Translations under genes and position numbers: made by a program
The notes under the pieces: model-generated
The model's database searches: none
Told to the model about the DNA's origin: nothing
What the model saw: only the letters and a program-made list of their open reading frames with translations
Assembly (NCBI GenBank): GCA_965198115.1
Contig: OZ240241.1
Span: forward strand, 6,272,001 to 6,336,000
Length of the DNA: 64,000 nucleotides
Reading direction: 5' to 3'
DNA from: Candidatus Latescibacterota bacterium
GTDB lineage: Bacteria > Latescibacterota > UBA2968
In this document: positions 59,925 to 64,000 of the stretch, in pieces
Position numbering within the stretch: position 1 is the stretch's first letter
How the letters are laid out: each line of letters opens with the position of its first letter

Positions 59925-60800
59925 ATGACCGTGACGGAAACGCTGGTGAAAGGTATCCTCACCCGGACGACGGGTTTTTTGAAGACCGTGACCTCACACT
60001 CCGTTCAGCCGTATCGGGGGTGTGCGTATGGGAATTCGCTCTGCGGAGTGGGTTGCTACGTTCAGCACAATTTCTGGATTACGAAAGGTCGACGGTGGGG
60101 CAGTTTCCTCGAGGTTCGGACGAACGCGGCTGCCGTCTACCGTGCCTCGGTGGATCGCGAGCGGCGGTGGGCACGACAGCGAGAAGACGGTGTGTTCGGT
60201 ATCTACATGTCGAGTTCGACGGATCCGTTCGTGCCCCAGGAAGCCCGGTATGGGGTCACGCGATCACTTCTGGATGAGATGGTGGTGTCGCCTCCGGACT
60301 TGCTGATTGTTCAAACGCACGCTCACCGCATTTCGGATGAGGTCGATCGGCTCGTGGCTCTGTCGAGTGTGTGTGATGTTCGCTCGCACATTTCGATCGA
60401 GACCGATCGAGAAACATTCCCAAGATTACCCCCCCACGCGAGTTCGATCGACGATCGATTCAAAGCGGCGAAATATTTGAAGTCGAAGGGTCTACGAGTC
60501 GTCATCACCGTGTCACCTCTGTTGCCGATTGAGGCTCCCGAGCAGTTCTTCGACAGGGTGGCGGAAAGCGCGGATGCGGTCGTGATCGACCATTATGTCA
60601 AAGGGGATGGGTCGCAGGACGGGCGCCGCACCTTGCAGACGCCTTTGCCCGGGGCCGTGCAAAACGTCGACGAGGAGGCTGTCTCGCTGGACTACCGGGA
60701 CCGGATGGTTGAGGTCGCGGAAAGGGCGATGCCTGGTCGGGTCGGTGTGCATATCGACGGATTTGCGGGACGGATGCTGGGAGGGGGCAATGACCAGTGA
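59925..60800 (+). CDS. SPL-like (SplB-related) radical SAM protein
   Basis: QPYRGC...C...CY, MSSSTDPF..QEARY, SIETD, VSPLLP. Confidence 0.85.
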   Translation: MTVTETLVKGILTRTTGFLKTVTSHSVQPYRGCAYGNSLCGVGCYVQHNFWITKGRRWGSFLEVRTNAAAVYRASVDRERRWARQREDGVFGIYMSSSTDPFVPQEARYGVTRSLLDEMVVSPPDLLIVQTHAHRISDEVDRLVALSSVCDVRSHISIETDRETFPRLPPHASSIDDRFKAAKYLKSKGLRVVITVSPLLPIEAPEQFFDRVAESADAVVIDHYVKGDGSQDGRRTLQTPLPGAVQNVDEEAVSLDYRDRMVEVAERAMPGRVGVHIDGFAGRMLGGGNDQ

Positions 60801-60850
60801 CAGGTGACCATCGACCAGTGACCAGAGTTGGACTCTTGCGTGCTGGTTGT

Positions 60851-61849
60851 CTAAACGAATGTGGTCTCCGAAAACCGTTCACGGATCTGTTCGGGTGTAG
60901 CGACTCCTGTGGTGCCGATTTGCTGGATTGTGATGGAAGATGAGAGGACCCCGAGATGGACAGCGTCTTCGAGGGAAGCGCCCGCCGCGAGCGCGCTGAC
61001 GACGCTGGCGGACACACTGTCGCCCGCGCCGACCGTGTCGATGGGGGTCGGTACTTCGATGCCCGGGATGGTGAACATGGCATCGCCATCGGCTGCGATG
61101 AGACCTTCGGAGCCGCGTGTGATGATGACCGGTTTCCCATTTCGGTTCGATAGAGCTGTGGCCGCAGTTTTCAGGCCGCCATCCTCGGCCGTCTGCCGGC
61201 TTTCTGTTTCGTTCGGTTTAACGATGACGTTACGGAAGTCATCGATTCGCTCGCGCGAGTCAGCCAGTACGGGTATGTCGGGATACGCCCTGGCAAAGTC
61301 GATCACTGCCTGCCGCACTTTTGTCGTGACCACACCGCATTCCGCCTCCTGAACCTGATCCAGCACGATGATTCCGTTCACTTTCGTAGTGAGGGATTCT
61401 AAACGCTGCAATAGCTCCGTTTCGATCGACTCGGGTGTGTGCGTTCGATTCTTGACGTCGAACCGCTCCTGTTCTTCCCCGGACGATGTAAGCATTGGTT
61501 TGGTATAGGTCGGGGTGACTCGATCAGAAGTCTGCAGGAGATGCGTGCAGTCGACACCCGATTTCTCCAGCCCGCGCATAAGGTCGAAACCGTGACCATC
61601 CTCTCCGATGCAGCCGAGAGCCAATACGTTTCCGACCCCGAGGACGCACAGATTGTTCGTGACGGTTCCAGCGGCACCAGGGCTGTTGCGGATGTCGACG
61701 ATCTGGTGGGCCGTGAGTCCCGTTTCGAGTGAGGTCTCTGCGAGATTCGGGTCGATGTCGAGGTAACGATCGAGGAAGAAGTCGCCGATTACGAGGAGGG
61801 TTAGAGAGGGAAATCGGGTGAGGATGCTGTCGAGGGATTCTGAGGTCAT
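60851..61849 (-). CDS. PfkB family kinase, RfaE/HldE domain I-like
   Basis: VIGDFFLDRY, PGAAGTV, KPNETE, DTVGAGDS. Confidence 0.88.
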   Translation of the reverse strand: MTSESLDSILTRFPSLTLLVIGDFFLDRYLDIDPNLAETSLETGLTAHQIVDIRNSPGAAGTVTNNLCVLGVGNVLALGCIGEDGHGFDLMRGLEKSGVDCTHLLQTSDRVTPTYTKPMLTSSGEEQERFDVKNRTHTPESIETELLQRLESLTTKVNGIIVLDQVQEAECGVVTTKVRQAVIDFARAYPDIPVLADSRERIDDFRNVIVKPNETESRQTAEDGGLKTAATALSNRNGKPVIITRGSEGLIAADGDAMFTIPGIEVPTPIDTVGAGDSVSASVVSALAAGASLEDAVHLGVLSSSITIQQIGTTGVATPEQIRERFSETTFV

Positions 61850-61901
61850 TTAGGCAGCAGGGGGGCAGGGGAGCAGGGAGCGGGGGAGAACGGCGCAAGA
61901 G

Positions 61902-62897
61902 CTATCCATTCCCCGCTGCCCCCTGCCCCCTGCCCCTCTTCGGTATTAGCTGCCGGTGGAGGTTGGGGAGCGTAGTCGTGTGGTCTCCGCGGATGTAGAA
62001 GCTTTCTCCTCCGTCGCGCACGGTACGGACGAGAATTGTCTTGAACGGGCGGTAGTAGTAACGCGGATCGTCTTTGGGCGCTTCGGTGTTGAGATCTTCA
62101 CCCAGGGGAATGAGGTCGAAGACGGCTGTGGTGAAGTGGGCGATCCGTTCCCCTTTTGGGTGAGCAACGTTGCGAACCATGGCCAGTGCCTTTAGGTAGA
62201 CTTCGGGCCCCATAATGGCCGAACCGTAGTTGAGCAAGACGCCGCCTTCGAGTTGTGTGACGGAATGTGTGAAGACGAGGAAGTCCGTGTAGGAGGCGGC
62301 TCCGATGGCCGCGCCATCGCAGTTGGGATGCTGGTGAACGATGTCGTAGCCGAGGCTGACGTGAATCGTGACGGGGATTCCTAGACGCACGCCGGCGGCG
62401 TGGATGCTGATGTCCTTGTGGGGGAAATCGCCATCAAGAATCGTTCTGCCGACGGCTTCACCGAACCCGACGTCCCGTTCGGCTGCGGCGACCGCGATGT
62501 CGTTGAGCGCCCCAGTGTCGGTCCACAGACCGAACTGGCCGGAGCGAATGTAGTGAGCCACACTTTCCGTCGTGGCGCCGACCAGGGCGAGTTCGTAGTC
62601 GTGGATGGCGCACGCGCCGTTGCCCGCCACGTGGGTGATGAAACCACGTTCCATGAGGTCGATCACGAAGCGTGATAGACCGACTTTGATGACGTGAGCG
62701 CCAGCCATCAGGATGACGGGTCGATCGTTTTCGCGTGCTGTGGCGATCCGGGCGACGACCGTTTCGAGTCCATCGTGTTCGAATGGCGGGATAGCTGCGT
62801 CGAGGGCGATGACGTCGTCGACCGAAAAATCGTGTGTGCGGTCCGAAAGAGGCCGAAGGTTCAGTTCGCTACGATCGAATCGCGGAAACATGGCCAT
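61902..62897 (-). CDS. uncharacterised protein with a deoxyhypusine-synthase-like signature
   Basis: LMAGAHVIKVG, NGACAIHDYE, PVTIHVSLGYDIVH, GSAIMGPEVYLKAL, YYRP. Confidence 0.75.
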   Translation of the reverse strand: MAMFPRFDRSELNLRPLSDRTHDFSVDDVIALDAAIPPFEHDGLETVVARIATARENDRPVILMAGAHVIKVGLSRFVIDLMERGFITHVAGNGACAIHDYELALVGATTESVAHYIRSGQFGLWTDTGALNDIAVAAAERDVGFGEAVGRTILDGDFPHKDISIHAAGVRLGIPVTIHVSLGYDIVHQHPNCDGAAIGAASYTDFLVFTHSVTQLEGGVLLNYGSAIMGPEVYLKALAMVRNVAHPKGERIAHFTTAVFDLIPLGEDLNTEAPKDDPRYYYRPFKTILVRTVRDGGESFYIRGDHTTTLPNLHRQLIPKRGRGQGAAGNG

Positions 62898-62906
62898 TGG
62901 CGTTTC

Positions 62907-63756
62907 TTAGTTGTCGCAAAAGAGGTGGGCAAGGAGGATGTCCTGCTCTCGGTATTCGGGAATGATGTAGTCAGCGCCCGCGTCGACGAGTCGGTTGCGC
63001 TTCCATTCATCGATTCCCTTTCGGGTCACCTCGTTCGAGGCGACGCCAACCGCCGTTCCTCCGACCTGTGAGACATTTTCGATTTCGACATATCCGTCGC
63101 CGAACCCGATCAGATGGGCGCCCGCGAGATCCGGTGCGAGCATCTCCTGGATGAGTTTTGCTTTTGAGAATTTTTTGTAGTCGTCGAGTGCCCCGAAGAT
63201 CCGGTTGCCGAAGAAAGGGGCGATCCCGAGGAGATGGGCTTCCTCGACGACGTATGCGTGATCCGTACCGCTCGCTAGGTAGAGATTCAGACCGCGTTCG
63301 GTCAGCGCCTTCAGGAGACGGCGGCTCTCCGGTACGAGCATGTCATCCGGATCGATCGCGCCGCTTTTCAGCCCCTCGATTCGACGTTCGATGTGGGTGA
63401 GGAGGCGGTCGTGGTATTTTTCCTTATAAGTCGCGGGGTCTTGAGGACGACCCCCACGAGAAGCGATTTCTTCGGTCAGGCGGATCATCTGGTAGATGGT
63501 CTGCTGCCCGGTGAGCGCATCGACGAAGTCGGCTACGACTTCCTCTAAGTGGGACTGGGATTCGTCGGTCCCCAGTTCGGAGAGAATGTCGACCATCATG
63601 GGCACCATGATGCTGCGCCCAACCTTCTCGGATGAGCGAAATCGTTCCGTCGAAATCGAAGATCGCGTATCGGTAGTCGCCGGTTGGAAGGTGATCGGAT
63701 ATCGCTTCAATCTGCCGGCTACCAGCCAGCCGTTTGGGCACGAGTGCACACTCCAT
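62907..63756 (-). CDS. HAD family hydrolase (frameshift ~63618)
   Basis: FDFDGTISLIREGW in ORF 63424..63756; LASGTD, K and FGDG.VE in ORF 62907..63941. Confidence 0.85.
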
Positions 63757-64000
63757 TTTTTCGCAGAATTAGAGAGGAATAGAGGGATGAGGGTGGTGAA
63801 AGTCAAGGTCTTCCTCCGTGTTTCAGGCGTGCTCTGGAAGGCCGAATGCGCCGATATGGCTTGAAAAACGTGCCCCGAAGCGTATATTGAGCAGTCCCGC
63901 GGACGAGCTCTTTCACATCCGAGACCATTCATGTCGAACACGTCGCGAATCCTGATCGATCAGGATTCGTCACGGAAAAAAGAGCTCTGTCTTTACGAGG

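Overview
GC-rich bacterial chromosomal segment. The gene content (PhyH dioxygenase, sulfatase, Gfo/Idh/MocA, SelA-like and many orphan sugar enzymes) is compatible with a Latescibacterota/PVC-like environmental genome; this is an inference and is not proven. About 55 CDS: housekeeping genes (glcB, glyA with a ZMP/ZTP riboswitch, pyrB, rlmKL, prlC, ppiC, crcB, cutA, modA, natAB-like ABC transporter), many carbohydrate or amino-sugar catabolic enzymes, GNATs and hydrolases, an orphan FlgM-like gene behind a sigma28-like promoter, and a REC-GGDEF cyclase. Mobile DNA: a complete ISL3 interrupting a MetE-like gene, and an ISAzo13 joining a truncated PhyH gene to a 113-bp remnant of the same ISL3. 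About 13 genes carry single-base frameshifts, mostly in homopolymers, which most likely reflect long-read consensus errors. The most notable observations are a strikingly plant-type ATCase (pyrB) preceded by a leader-peptide/terminator, several families of short periodic or palindromic intergenic repeats (including a ~65-bp element in three consecutive spacers of one operon), a 1.1-kb unexplained non-coding block plus flgM bracketed by a perfect 18-bp inverted repeat, and an uncharacterised HAD / DHS-like / RfaE-like kinase cluster. No rRNA, tRNA or CRISPR array was seen.
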